In this document: positions 26,465 to 40,215 of the stretch, in pieces
How positions within the stretch are numbered: the first letter of the stretch is position 1
Layout: each line of letters begins with the position of its first letter
DNA from: Conidiobolus incongruus B7586
Lineage: Eukaryota
DNA length: 41,972 bases
Direction of reading: 5' to 3'
Assembly: GCA_000697335.1 (NCBI GenBank)
Contig: JNEM01013962.1
Location: forward strand, 1 to 41,972
Program-made: the position numbers and the translations under genes
Notes under the pieces: model-generated
What the model saw: only the letters and a program-made list of their open reading frames with translations
Database searches by the model: none
What the model was told of the DNA's origin: nothing

Positions 26465-26860
26465 TATTAAGCAATAAATTTTTAAAATCCAATATAAAGT
26501 GAATTTAATCTAATAAATGCTCTTAATTTAACTTATAAACGTGATTTTTTTATTTTACTCAATATCTCATTATTAATTTCTGATTCTATTAAGTACTATC
26601 TGTTTCTGAGGTTTGAGACTATTTGTATTAATGTTATACTCTCCATAATTAACCAATATATTCAAATCTCAAATATACTCACTGATATATTAATTTGATA
26701 ACCTCATCACTAATTTAAGTCTCCCTGATCATTATATAAGATTGACTACCATATTACTGTTACAATCAAGCTAGTTATTTATCTCAATTATTATATCAAT
26801 ATTAAATCAATCTTATTCATATCAAATTTTAATCTCATTTCATATTGTTTTATCAATTAT
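26465..26860 (+). mobile_element. Possible diverged relative of LTR family 1
   Basis: Patchy similarity to 20415-20812 (tttctgaggtttgagacta vs tttctaagattgagacta; aaatctcaaatatactcactgat vs aaatcttaatatatcagtgact). Boundaries uncertain. Confidence 0.35.
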
Positions 26861-27639
26861 TTTGTAAGGGAATTAAACACTTAAAATTCTCATTGGTTTA
26901 AAATTTTATTGATAATATAAAAACTTTACAACATTGTATATATAGATCTTTTATAATATATTGAAAAAAATATTTATTAAATAAAATATCATTATTATAT
27001 ATTAATGTTATGCTTAAAAAATATCTGGATTGATTGAAAAAAGGCATGTGATTTTATTGCCAAACAACAATACCAAGTAGAAAATATATTAATATATTCT
27101 TTAAATTATAATTTTTCGCTAAATATAATTAAAAATATAATGGTCAAAGATGAGAGTTGGCTCCTTTTCATTGGACATATTTTTAATTAAAAATTATATT
27201 TTTATTAATAATATACAATGATTTAGGTAATTTAAATGATTATCATCAAATTAACAATAACGATATTAAATATGTATTTAATATGAAAATGCTTTTTTAT
27301 ATATACACTGATTGGAACTTAATAACAAGAACAATTTATTAATTTTTTATTTAATGTGTTTGCTAGTAGACCAAGATTTAGGTAAATAAATAACTTATTT
27401 TGCAATATCATTTCAAATCTAGTAAAACAAAGATAATAAAAGCATCATAATGTAAAGCCCAATAATTGATTTTATATATCATACTGAATCAACATTAATC
27501 TGAGTAATTTCAATCATTATTGGATCCTTATAAACATTGTTAAAGATGAAAATATTCAATATTTTTATTAATATGATCTATATAAATTAATTATATCAAA
27601 ATTAGGAAAGTATTTTGGGAGTTGAATAAGTTACAAATA

Positions 27640-28954
27640 TTAGTGCAGAAATTAAGTAATGGCACAATTTTAAAATTAAAATTAAACAAATAAATTAATA
27701 AATAATATATAAAATTTAATGAATAATATAAAATTAATAGCCTCTTTTATTATTAATAACTCTTTTCTATACCTTTAGTAAGCTTCTAATACCTAAAAAA
27801 CAATTCTTTTTATTAAGGACTGAAATTTGATATTTCACAAACCAATTTAATTTGTTTGCAGGAATTTTTTTTCCTGCAAGCTGTTTTTTAATTGTCTAAA
27901 ATAATTATAATCACATAGGTTATAATCAAGTGAATATACTGGATATAGTAACTCCCTCCAATTTTTTTTATATAAAAAATATTTTACAGCTTTAGCTTTA
28001 TGTATTTTATAATTATCATGCAAAATAATAGGTGTCTTTAATTTATATTAACACCATTTAGAAATTGTTTTATTTAAAAAAATAATATATAATTTACTAT
28101 TAATTGATTTTCCTTAAGGTATTAAATAAGAAAACTATATACCATTATAATTTATTATAACAATTAACATTTGCTTATATTTAAAATATTTATTTATTAG
28201 AATTTATAAAGAGGATTAATTTAGCTTAACCTAACATCTTGTTTTATTTTTAGGTAAAGGATTATATAAAGGAATTTAAGATTCATTAATTGTAAATATT
28301 TGCTGTAAAGACCTTTGTTTTTAGTTATACTTTAATAAGTTTAGTTTAACTATAGCTACTCTAATTTTTTTAGGCTTTTGTTAAATTATAAGATATTTAT
28401 TTTTTATTTTTATTAATTAATCTAAGTTTAAACTTAAGTAAATATAACATGCTTGTATAATTAACATTAAATTGCTTTAATAGTTCTTTAATAAAAATAA
28501 AAGGGTATTTCTTAATATATTCTTTTACTTTATTAGTAAGTAAAAGAATAACAATAGAAATTAGTCTTTTAGATTTTAGTAAATTTTAAATAGTGTCCCT
28601 TCTAGCTTTAAAATCACAAATCCAGCAATATATGGTAGTTTTAGATAAAACACTATCTCTATAAGCTGTTTGCAAGTTTTAGATGATTTTAAAGGGTTTA
28701 TGATTAAGTTTTAAAGATACAAAAATAAAAGCCTTTTGATAATCACAATCTAGTTTAAGCATAATTAAATTTAAGTGTAAATTTTAAAATCAAAATATTT
28801 TAATAAAAAAATAATAAAAATTGAATATATATATATATAGTTTGAAAATATTTATTTTCCTATATATTATATATATATATAATCTTTCAAAATGTATAAT
28901 ATGTTTGAAAGATCAGAAATTAAAAAATTTGCCATTTCTTAATTTCCATACTAA
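27640..28954 (-). mobile_element. Mariner element, subfamily B, full length (1315 bp)
   Basis: TIRs TTAGTGCAGAAATTAAGTAATGGCA / TTAGTATGGAAATTAAGAAATGGCA, TA TSD, transposase remnant ILHDN...YSLDYNLCDY with premature stops. Confidence 0.92.
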
Positions 28955-29494
28955 TAAATAAAGGGAAAAAAAGATATTATGATTATTGATTGTATATATT
29001 TTTTGATATCCAATAGTTAAATAAATAATTTCTTACATTCAATTTATATGCTATTCTATTTATCATAATAATTTCACTACAATTTTACAGTTAATCTAAA
29101 TATAAATGATCCAATAATTTATTATATTCACTATATGTATCTTAGTTTTCTAGAAAAGTTTCAACCATAAACACAGTGACTGAAAATAAAGAATTTCAAA
29201 TCTTACCTGAGTTAAACAAAGAGCATTCATTGTAATATCATACTCTATAAAATGTCCTAAAAAAGCTGTTCACAAGAATCTAAATAATAACTAATGGCAA
29301 ATGGCTTTAAAAACTTAGTGTTATAAACCGGTTTGATCAACTCAAACCTGAAAGATCTGGCATAGAGAACTTACCTTGTTCAAGTTATCTTAAATCTGTA
29401 AATAACTAAAAGAACATAATTAAAATTCACAAATATTTCAAATATCATTAATATGTATAAAAAATGAACTAACATATTATTCATTACTTTAATA

Positions 29495-30286
29495 TTAAGT
29501 CTAGTTTTAATTTGCTTAATGATTTAAAATTAGTTAAAAAATTGATAAAAAGATACTTTATATTTTGATTAAACTTTAAATAAAAAAATAATAAAAACTT
29601 ATATAAATCTATGCTATTAAGGTAATTAACCTATTATAATTAAAGAAGCTATTGCAATAGAAATATCAATGTTTCTAGTATCTCATCTATTAGCAAGAAA
29701 ATAATATTCAGGTTTAGAAATTAAAATTATAAATTACAAAATTAAAATTTTCAAAAGTTTCATAAATTATTATTAGATTGAGATATTAATATTTCAGTAT
29801 TCCAATAGTAATCATTAACAAAAATATACTATAATAATAGAATATAATATAGATTGCTAAAAACTAATATTTAAATAATTATAAATAAATTAAATTAAAA
29901 TACCATTTATTTTACATAATAATAGCTATATACATACAAAAAATATCAAAGATTTGGTTATTAAAAAGAACTGGTCATTATTACCACATCTACCATATTC
30001 ACCAGATATAAATTTTTGTGACTATAATTGTTTTGGTATGTTAAAAAACTTGATTTAGGGAGATTTGGTGACATTTAAGCTTTATATATCAAAAATAAGA
30101 TATAATATTGAAGATAAGCTATAAAAGCCTATGTGAAGGGATTTAGGAATTATTATTAATATTGATATCTATTATTGAAAAACAAGAAAATAATTAATTT
30201 GAAAAATCATATTATTTTTTCCTAAGTATTATATATTATAATAAAACATAAATTTAAAATTTGTCAACTTATTTTTTAAGCCCTAA
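29495..30286 (+). mobile_element. Internally deleted mariner of a distinct subfamily
   Basis: Translation ILHNNSYIHTKNIKDLVIKKNWSLLPHLPYSPDINFCDYNCFGMLKN (~29910-30050). Right end ...TAAGCCCTAA|TA; left boundary uncertain. Confidence 0.7.
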
Positions 30287-31140
30287 TATACTATAATTTT
30301 TTTTATATATTTTAATAAATAATAAAGGTTGATTAAAAACAATAATTTTAATACTGTTTTAAAAATAATTATTAATTGAATATTAAATTTAAAATAAATA
30401 TTTAATAAAATTTTATTTATAATAAAAGTAAAGTTGGATATTGATAAAAAAAATCAAAATAAAGTGAAAAATATATTATTTTATTATAAAAATAAATATA
30501 CTACAATTATAATATGTAATTTTATAGCTATATATTTTACCAACCATCATTCATATTACAGTAATTAATTAAACAATTTTCATAATAAATGTACGAAAAG
30601 TAGTATATCAGCTGATTACATAATTGTTAGTTTTCATATGAGGAAAGATATATATAACTATTATTTTGTAGTCACACATCAAATATTTTATATTTAATTG
30701 AAATTAACAAACCCTTGGTAATATATGATTATATGAATAATCAAAATTATTAAACCAATTTTATCAAAAACTACTTAACAAACATTGTTATAAATAGCAG
30801 TAATTAAGTTTGAAAAAATAGTAATATTTAATAAGATTTTAGGTAGTATAATATTACTAACCATGATTTACATTTTAATGAAATAATCTTTATTATGAAA
30901 AGTTTGTAAAACTAAACATCTGATTTTAAAATTGTTTTGTATATATCATTACAAACATGAGATATTATATTAAGCAAACAAAACTTAATAATACTATCAA
31001 GTTGAATAGATTTTCATTGGTAGTATAATGAATAATTGAATATTAAACACCATTTCATAGAAGTTAATGAACTACTTAATGAAATGGTTATGCTATAATA
31101 TCAAAATATTTGATTTCATAAAGTATTTTTAGTATTATTA

Positions 31141-32446
31141 TTACCTTGAATTTGAAATAATGGGAAATTTTTTAATTTCTGATTTTTCAAACATATTATT
31201 AGTTTGAAATAAATGAATATATACAAAGTTAATAGGAAATTATATATTTTTAATATATATATATATTAGTTTTTTTGATTAAAAAATTAACTTTTTAAAA
31301 TTGGTTGTTTAATTTAATCATGCTTAAACCAAATAGTGATCATCAAAAGTTTTTTATTTTGGTATCAATAAAACTTAACCATAAACCCTCTAAAATTATT
31401 TAAAATTTACAAGCAGCTTTTGGTAATGAAGTATTATCTAAATCAACAATTTATTACTAGGTAAATTACTTTAAAGCTAGGAGAGAAACTATTTAAAACC
31501 TGTTAAAATCTGGAAGATTAACTTTAACTGTTACTCTTTCAATTATAAATAGAGTGAAAAAATATATTGAAAAGCACCTTTTTATTTCAGCTAAAGAATT
31601 ATCTAAGCACTTTAATATTAGTTTTACAAGTATTTTATATACTTTAAAGTTTAAATTAAAATTAATAAATAAAAATGTAAAATGGATACCTTATAATTTA
31701 ACTAAAGCTTAAAAAAATGCTAGAGTAGCTATTGTTAAACAAAACCTATTGAAATATTACTAGAAGCCTAAACTTTTACAGTGAATAATTACAATTGATG
31801 AATCTTAGATCTTTATGTATAATCCTTTACCAAAACACAAATTAAGATGCTAGATTAAGCTAAATTAACCCCTTCTACAAATCCTTTTAAATAAACATTT
31901 TATTAATAAACAAATGTTAATTATTGTAATAGATTATAATGGTATATGCTATTCTTATTTAGTTCCTGAAGGAAAATCAATTAATAGTAAACTATATATT
32001 GCTTTTTTAAATAAAAGTATTTCTAATTGGTGTTCTTAATATAATTTGAGAAGACCTATTATTTTGCATGATAATTGCAAAATACATAAATCTAAAGCTG
32101 TAAAAAACTTTCTAATTAAAAATAACTGGAAAGAACTACCACATCTAGTATATTCCCCTGATTATAACCTATGTGATTATAATTGCTTTAGGCAATTAAA
32201 AAACCAGCTTGCAGGAAAGAAAATTTCTACAGGAAAATTTAATTGGTTTGTGAAACATCAAATTTTAGTCCTTAATAAAAAGAACTGTTTTTTAGGTGTT
32301 AGAAGTTTGCTAAAAGTATAGCAAAAAGTTATTAATAATAAAAGAAACTATTAAATTTATATTATATATTTATTTTTATATATCATATATTCAAATGTTT
32401 ATTTATTTTTAATTGCAAAAAATTCCCATTATTAAAAATACAGTAA
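31141..32446 (+). mobile_element. Mariner element, subfamily A, full length (1306 bp), best-preserved copy
   Basis: Imperfect ~30-bp TIRs (TTAC...AATAATGGGAA.TTTTT), TA TSD and a single transposase frame. Confidence 0.93.
31320..32354 (+). pseudogene. DD34D mariner transposase pseudogene
   Basis: MLKPNSDHQKFFILV... HTH, WIPYNL (WVPHEL-like), ITIDES(W), ILHDN and YSPDYNLCDY, with 34 residues between the 2nd and 3rd Asp. Stops arise from TGG>TAG and CAA>TAA-type changes. Confidence 0.9.
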
Positions 32447-33008
32447 TATCAAATTAGAATCCATTCTGATTTAATACTAACATATTAGTGTTCCAAAATA
32501 AAGTTTAAAAATTTATTTTTGATCATAATTCAAAATGTAATAATACATTAATCCAAGATATTTTTAATATAACCTTTTTATAATAAAGTTCTGACAATAT
32601 ATGTAAATTATAGTTAAACTTGGCAAATTAAAAATTTTAAAATATGAAATTTTTAGTGGTGAATAATAAATAAAAGAATTTTCATTTAATTTGACATTGA
32701 TAGAATGAATAAAGTCAATATAAACTAAAATAAAACTTGGCAAAGATATAAATAATGTCAGTAATTAAAAATTTAAATTGTAGTCGCTATGATCAACTAA
32801 TATATCAATAAGTACCATTAATTAAAATAAAGGCAATTTATTGTCCTTCGAATATTTTATTGGGAATGGAAACATGTTCATATTATTGTAGAACGAAATG
32901 TCATAATATTAAGTTTGATATTCAAAAGTAGATATCGACTATTTCTAAAATTTTAATATTGGAAAATACACTTATCGCAGACATATATATTCAAAAATTT
33001 AATTCTGA

Positions 33009-34905
33009 TTAGAATCTGGATTTGAATTGAATTTTCAATTTGTCAGGCTTCATAATACCAAAAGGAGCGAGCCTGACTTTGTGATAATGAGGATTATCAT
33101 TAGTAATGATCAGCTCGAACTTTTGTAAAATCATAGCAATAGTAACGCGTTGTTCCATTAATGAAAAGCTGTTACCAATACCTAAACACATTAATTGTAA
33201 ATAATAGATATATAGAGGAATTTGTCAAATTACATGATCTAGCTCCTATAATAAAGGGATGCCAGTTACGACTTTGGTCATTGGACAAATCAGAAAATCT
33301 TTCAGGGTCAAATTTATCTGGGTCAGGGAATACAGATGGATTATGATGAGCTGCCCACAAATGTAAAAATACATTTGAACCTTTTGGTACAACGATACCG
33401 TTACTGAGAGTATACTTTTCAACTGTTAGGCGCTGCACTACGGTAGCAGTTGTCATAATTCTCATTGACTCCTTATTGACCATATCCATATAAGGAATCT
33501 GCTTTAATTGTTCAATAGTTGGAATGGTGAGTTCTTTGGGATTTCCTAAGGCATCTAATACTTCTTCCCTAAGTTTTTGTTGAATTTCCTAATATTAAAT
33601 TATATAAGAGATATTAAAAAATTGCGAGTGAATAATATTACGGGATAACGGGCCAAATAGTACAGCGTTGCGGTTAGAGTGTTAGAAGTAGTATCATGAC
33701 CAGCTAAAATGAAAGTTTTGATATTATCCTAAAATCGAATATATGAGTATTATCATATTAATTTAATATTTATGTATTACTCTGATTTCTTCGTAAGTCA
33801 ATTTTTCACCCTCTTCCTTATTATTAGATTCAATCAAAGCATTAATCAAGTTATCCTTATGTTGGTATTTAGGATCTTGGATTTCTTTTTTCCTCAATTC
33901 AATAATACTCTCTACAAACTGATTATATTCATCTATTTTTCTGGATAATGATGTTCTTCTAAGAAATGGGATAAATTCCAAGAAAGGAAATAATAGATAA
34001 ATAGTTTGATTAAAAATCCTATCCGTGAGACTATTATAAAGGTGAAATAGCTTAGAATTTGGATCTTTAACAGCCTATATTAATGCCGTTACTAAAATTG
34101 ATATTAAATTGATATTTAACGTTAGTTACTTGAAAATCAATATCGAAAATAGCTCGACCCAATACATCTAAGGTCATTCTACAAACAATTCCTATTATTA
34201 ATGAAATGATACATAATAAAATGAGATATATATATACCTTTGAATAAATTCATCAACTTGAATATTTTTATCTTCTTGCCTTTCCCAAGCTTCAATTAAT
34301 TCTTTAGCACAATTTCCAAATAATTCAGTAGACCAAGTCTTGTGGAAAATGGGATTCATAATTTTACGATGTTTTTTCCATTCCTGAAAAAGATTATTAA
34401 TGTGGTAAATTAAAATATAAATATAAAATTACCTGTCCATTTGTACCTCCAACAGTTTTTTTACCGAAAAATTTGGCCACATTAATGTTCACTGATTTTG
34501 CCTGACGATTTGCTTTGTTGAATATATCTATTATTTGATTAGAATTGGAAAATAAATATCAGAGGTTATTGGTGGAATATACCTGGCTTAGAAAACACTT
34601 CTTTGGTTAGTGCTGGATCTCCGATGAATAAAGTCCATCCTTGAACATTGAAAACCTATAAGGTTTGAATTATCGGTTTATACAATTAATGAAATAATAT
34701 TTACCCTGACGACACCATGCTGATTCAAAGCTGGTTGTAAATATTTTTCCATCTTATCATTGAAAGGTTCCTGAGATAGATTAAAGATGGCATTAGTTAA
34801 GATAGGAAGAGCTGGCACATCTTTCCATTCTTTCGGACATCGAAAATAATTATATAGTTTGTAAGCGCAATATAAAAATAAGGAAGAAATTATATATAGG
34901 ATCAT
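33009..34905 (-). CDS. Cytochrome P450 (paralog 4), intact, 490 aa, 9 exons: 34905-34705, 34655-34583, 34527-34433, 34383-34238, 34178-34130, 34074-33781, 33728-33642, 33588-33234, 33181-33009
   Basis: Exon lengths identical to paralog 3. Motifs EWKKHRKIMNP, AGHDTTS, KESMR, PERF and PFIIGARSCIG; open frame. Confidence 0.95.
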
Positions 34906-37900
34906 TTTGATTGACTTATAATTAAAAATGAATAGTACTTGGAAGTGTATTTATAATCAACCGGAATAAATATTTGTTTCATACTAAATATTATTTCATC
35001 AATTATACTTTTTTTGGGGCTGAATTTTAATTAAAAATGTTTCAAATTTATTGACCAAGAATATCCGTGCTAAATTAACGAATATATCAAATGCATAGTT
35101 ATCCTGCTTTTATATTTTTATTTGATAATAAACATGAAATTGTACCAAGAAATTCTAAATGAATATAACAATATTCAAAAATAATCCCAATTCATTCAAT
35201 TTCTTTTATTTATATTATAATCAATACAGCGTTATTGAATATTTCTAAAAATTTATATATAACAATTCCAAGTAAATTTTAAGTAGTAATAATGATGTAA
35301 ATATTATAAAATATGTTCTTAATTTAAACTAATAAATATTATTATAATATAGATTATAGAAACTTAAAATAATATATATAATTATCCATTAATAAATACT
35401 AACAAATTTCAATAATATTATTGAATCAAATTTTAAGCTCAATTTGAAAATTTTGAACTTAATCAGTAGGTACTAAATTTAATAATAAGCAAAAATTCAT
35501 CCTTATATGTATTGTTAAAATACAATCCTTATACCTGAATATATTTTAAATTTATCAGTTGCGTAGGTAATTACACATCTAATCAAAATGTAAATAAGAT
35601 TATTATACATATATGAATAAGTTAAAATTTTAGATACTTTTAAGTTGATTATAGTGTCATATGGAATAGATAAGGTAAGATTCTTGTCAAACTATGTAGT
35701 AAACGTGGATTTTCTCACTATTAATCAATTTCAGGAACTAACTCCATAAAATTATGTCATACATGTTTGGATTAGATTAGATAAATTGCTTTTTGCAAAA
35801 TTGATATTATTATATTTTATAATAATGGAATTATTGGTAATTATACTTATAACCGTATATGAAAATAGTTTATAGAGAATATAATCAAAAAGGATTTAAT
35901 CAAATATAAATTATACTTGATGAAAAATACAAATATGATATTATTTTTTTTCACTGATCCTTTTGTACACGATTTGGTAATTTGAAATTATTAAAACCTA
36001 TAATATAGTTAATAAAACTAAAACTATGCAAATGAAAATATGAATAATGACTCATATATCTAAACAGGTGGATATATATTATTCATTATTCAACAAAATA
36101 GAATTTTAGAGGATTAAACTAAATAAGGGAATGGGAAATAAATTTATCCGATTTAATATTAAATAGTTTCATTTTTAATTTTCGATCTTTTGTTATTTTT
36201 TGAAAACAATACTTAATCACTAAATTTATTAAAGAATACGAAATTACTTGATTGAAAATATTGGTAATTAATATTAATAAATTAAAACCATATACTTTAC
36301 AAATCAAACTTCCAATATTAAAATATAATTCATTGTTTTCTAATTTTAAAGTGGTTGAGGTATTATTTTCTCCGTTAAAATTATTCGATACACTAATCAG
36401 ATTTAGTATGTTTCAAGCTCTTTTCAATTCTTTATTTACTAACAAATCTTCAAATTTACTATAAAATGATGTGATTGACATTATTGTAAACCTTTTCCTC
36501 AAGTAATATTCAGTGATAAACTGCACTCTTAACAACATCACTAAATATCCAAAGTAAACAATTATATAATGTTCATATACTCCCTTGTCATTGGGGACAT
36601 AATTTTGAATTCATATAATCAAGTAATCGTTAAATTAAATAATTTTATAATCTGTGTCATGTGATAAATTCAAATTTTTGTCATATCAGCTTGGTAATAT
36701 AATATAACCTAAAACAATCAAATTTTTAACTAGTTAAATTTTTATAATAAAATACAATAGGATTTGGTAAGATTTTTTAGATAAAACCGTAAATCTCAAG
36801 GAGTTTATTTCTTAATACAAACAGTCTATATAGAATAATTTTTCAGAAATTTACATAACCTCAATATGCTTGTTCAGAAAGAATTTAAATTTATGAATAC
36901 TATTTTTTTAACAAATATTTTTCAAATTGGAAAATTTTCCATCTTTTCAAAACTTGTTTTATATATAACTTAATATATGAAATAAATATTATGAATATTG
37001 ATTCAATATAAAATTAAATCATATGTTATTATAATAATAAATATTGGTGTTTTAATTAAATAATTTGATTATAGATAGTTTTTTGAAAAATGTCTATTAA
37101 TATCTCCATAGAAGATAAATTTCATGTTTTATTCATGACCTGTATATTTTAATAATAATTATTTTAATATCAATGGTTTATAGAGTAATATTAATATATT
37201 GATATATACATATGAAGCTGTATAATTATTAGGATAATAAATACAATATCAATTCAAATCAGTTTATTATACTTTTACAATCACTTTTCAATTTAAATAT
37301 TAACAAAAAATATTAATTTGTTGAAAAATAATATTAACACATCAAAAGATATAATATAAGAATATAATTTACATTGTAATCACACCATACACTAAATATA
37401 TCTCTTATTTGATCCTCAATTATTATTTCATTAATTTGAAATTTTCCAAAATAGTTAATATATTTGAATTGGATTAGAAATACCATTATATCAATGTAAA
37501 ATAATATTAATTAACAAATCGATACAAAGTATTCACAATTAATATATCTAAATTTTCAATTTTTGGGAAATCAGTTATATTTTGTTAGAGTGAAGTTCAA
37601 AAAAATAAATAGAATATTAAGTATTAGGAGTTATATGACAAACCCCATAATAAGTATGTAATTTATTTGATTCTTTTCCAATATCTTTATACGTGAAAAT
37701 ATAAATAAATCAGTATATAATTTTCATATATGATCATGCTGAAAAGATACTAAATTAATTTGTAAAAACATTTGAATATTTGAATAGAATTTTGAATATT
37801 AATAGATTATTCAATTATGAATTAACGGTGAATATTAAAAATATATGTATACAAGATGGATATACATACAAAATATGAAAATAAAGATTAATTATATAGA

Positions 37901-37912
37901 CCCAATTATGGT

Positions 37913-39664
37913 TAATTACCTTTGAAATATACGAAATTTTGCTTTAAATTGAGTTCCAATTTATTACGTTTTAAAATTACGGTAGGAATGAGTCTGACTA
38001 TGATAATGACAATTTTCATTAGTAATGATTAACTCGAGCTTTTGTATAATCATAGCGATAGTGACATGTTGTTGAATTAATGGAAAGGTGATATTGATAC
38101 TTAAGCATATATTATTTCAAAAATCATAAAATTAACCAGTATGTAAAATAATTACATGATCTATTGCCAATAATAAAAGGATATCAGTTACGACTTTGAT
38201 TATTGGACAAATCAGAAAAGCTTTCAGAATCGAATTTATCTGGGTTAGGGAATAGAAATGAATTGTGATGTGCTTTTCATAGATATAAAAATACCTTTGA
38301 GCCCTTAGACAAAATGATACTGCTTTTGAGTTTGTATTTTCACATCTTTACTCGCTTCACTGCGGTAGCAGTTGTCATAATTCTCATTAATTCCTTATTT
38401 ACCATATCCAAATATGGCTTTTGTTTCAATTGCTTAATGGTAGGAGTTGTAAGCTCTTTTGGATAGTTCGTAGGGTTGAGTACTTGATCTCTAAGCTTTT
38501 ATTCTATTTCCTACCATTAAAATGTAAAAGTCTTAGAATAGAGAATATTCTTAATAAATATTGCCGGATAGCGAGCCAAATAATAAATAGTTACTACTAA
38601 TGTATTAGAAGTAGTATGGTGACTGGCTAAAATCAACATTTTGACAATATCCTATAATGATTTAATTTGATAATTATAGATATTAATCAAAGCTCTATTT
38701 ACCTTAATTCCTTCCACACTGAGCTTTTCTCTCTCTTCCTTATCATTCGATTCAAGCAAAGCATTCAATAAATTGTCGCATCTAGGCTTAGTGTTATCGT
38801 TCATTTCCTTTTTTCTCAAGTCAATAATATTTTGAACGAATTGACCATATTCGTCAATTTTATAAGATAACTTAACTCTTCACAAAAATTGGATATATTT
38901 CAAAAATGGAAAGACCATATAAAGCATATTATTAAAAGTTTCGTAAAGGATTTGGTGATATAATTTAACCAGTTTGGAATTAGGAGATTTCACAGCCAAA
39001 ATTCAATATTTAATTAAAATTTTAATAATGAACAAGTTGAATTAATTGATAATTAAAATCGAAAATAGTTCTACCTAGTATATCTAGTGTCAATCTAATT
39101 TATGACCTAATATAATGGTTTAAATGATTTAAAAATATGATAAAATACCTGAGAATTAAATCATTAACTGGAACATCATCCATTTTACTCTCCCAAGCAT
39201 CAATCAATTCTTTAACACAGCTACCAAATATCTCAGTAGACCAAATTTTATTAAATAATGGATTCATTATTTTAAGGGTCGTTTTCCAATCCTATATTAA
39301 TACATCAGATACTGTTATCAAAAGTTGTATTATAGAATTATATACCCATTTACAATCCCAATAGTGCTAGGGCCATTGAGCTTATACAAGATCTTATTGG
39401 TGAATTTGGAAGCTAAATTATTTTAAATAAATTTGTCTAAAATAAAATTAATGATATCTCCATATTGGGATTAAATATAATAATTAACTCGATGAACATA
39501 TACTTCTTTATTCAATTTAGCAACCTCAAACAATAAAGTTTATCCTTGAATATTAAATGCCTATTCAAAGTATTAATATAGCTTGAAAATATATAAACAT
39601 ATAACAGAGTAAATTCTAACAAAATCATATTTATCCAAATATGATTGTAGATATTTTTTGATTT
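37913..39664 (-). pseudogene. Cytochrome P450 pseudogene (paralog 5), 5'-truncated at a mariner insertion
   Basis: Same exon series with in-frame TGA stops (38184-38186, 38277-38279, 38880-38882), I-helix ASHHTTS and a mutated last acceptor (AG>AA at 38101-38103). Exon 1 is cut just before KIKKYLQSYLDKYDFVR. Confidence 0.9.
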
Positions 39665-39666
39665 TA

Positions 39667-40215
39667 TTACCTTGAATTTGAAGAAATGGGAAATTTTTTA
39701 ATTTCTGATTTTTCAAACATATTATTAGTTTGAAATAAATAAATATATACAAAGTTAATAGGAAATTATATATTACTTTTTTAAATAAAATAATTTCTAA
39801 ATGATATTTTTTATATAAATTAAAGACACTTATTATTTTGCATAATAATTATAAAATATATAAAATTAAAGCTGTAAAAAATTCTTTATATAAAAAAAAT
39901 AAAGGGAGTTACTATATCTAGTATATTCACCTGATTATAACTTTTGTAATTATAATTGTTTTAGATAATTAAAAAATAGCTTATAAAAAAATTCCTATAA
40001 ACAAATTAAATTGGTTTATAAAATATCAAATTTTAGTCTTTAATAAAAAAACTATTTTTTAAGTATTAGAAGCTTATTAAAAATATAGAAAAGAGTTATT
40101 AATAATAAAAGAAGCTATTAATTTTATATTATTCATTCATTTTTATAAATTATTTATTAATTTATTTGTTTAATTTTAATTTTAAAATTGTTTTATTACT
40201 TAATTTCTACACTAA
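39667..40215 (+). mobile_element. Chimeric deleted mariner: subfamily A left end fused to subfamily B right part
   Basis: 39667-39774 matches 31141-31248; 39763-40215 matches the reverse complement of 27640-28095; TA on both flanks. Confidence 0.85.

Noticed and set aside
32046..32321. 91-aa ORF as a functional transposase
   Set aside because: Only a stop-free fragment of a transposase with many premature stops; it lacks the HTH and the first catalytic Asp.
31320..32354. Alternative genetic code or stop readthrough to explain TAA/TAG at Gln/Trp positions
   Set aside because: Intact genes use the standard code with TAA stops; the TE stops fit C>T/G>A mutation.
1555..34905. ERV2 plus P450s as a functional or biosynthetic gene cluster
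   Set aside because: No backbone synthase, reductase, regulator or transporter. ERV2 is a housekeeping ER oxidase, and adjacency alone is not evidence.
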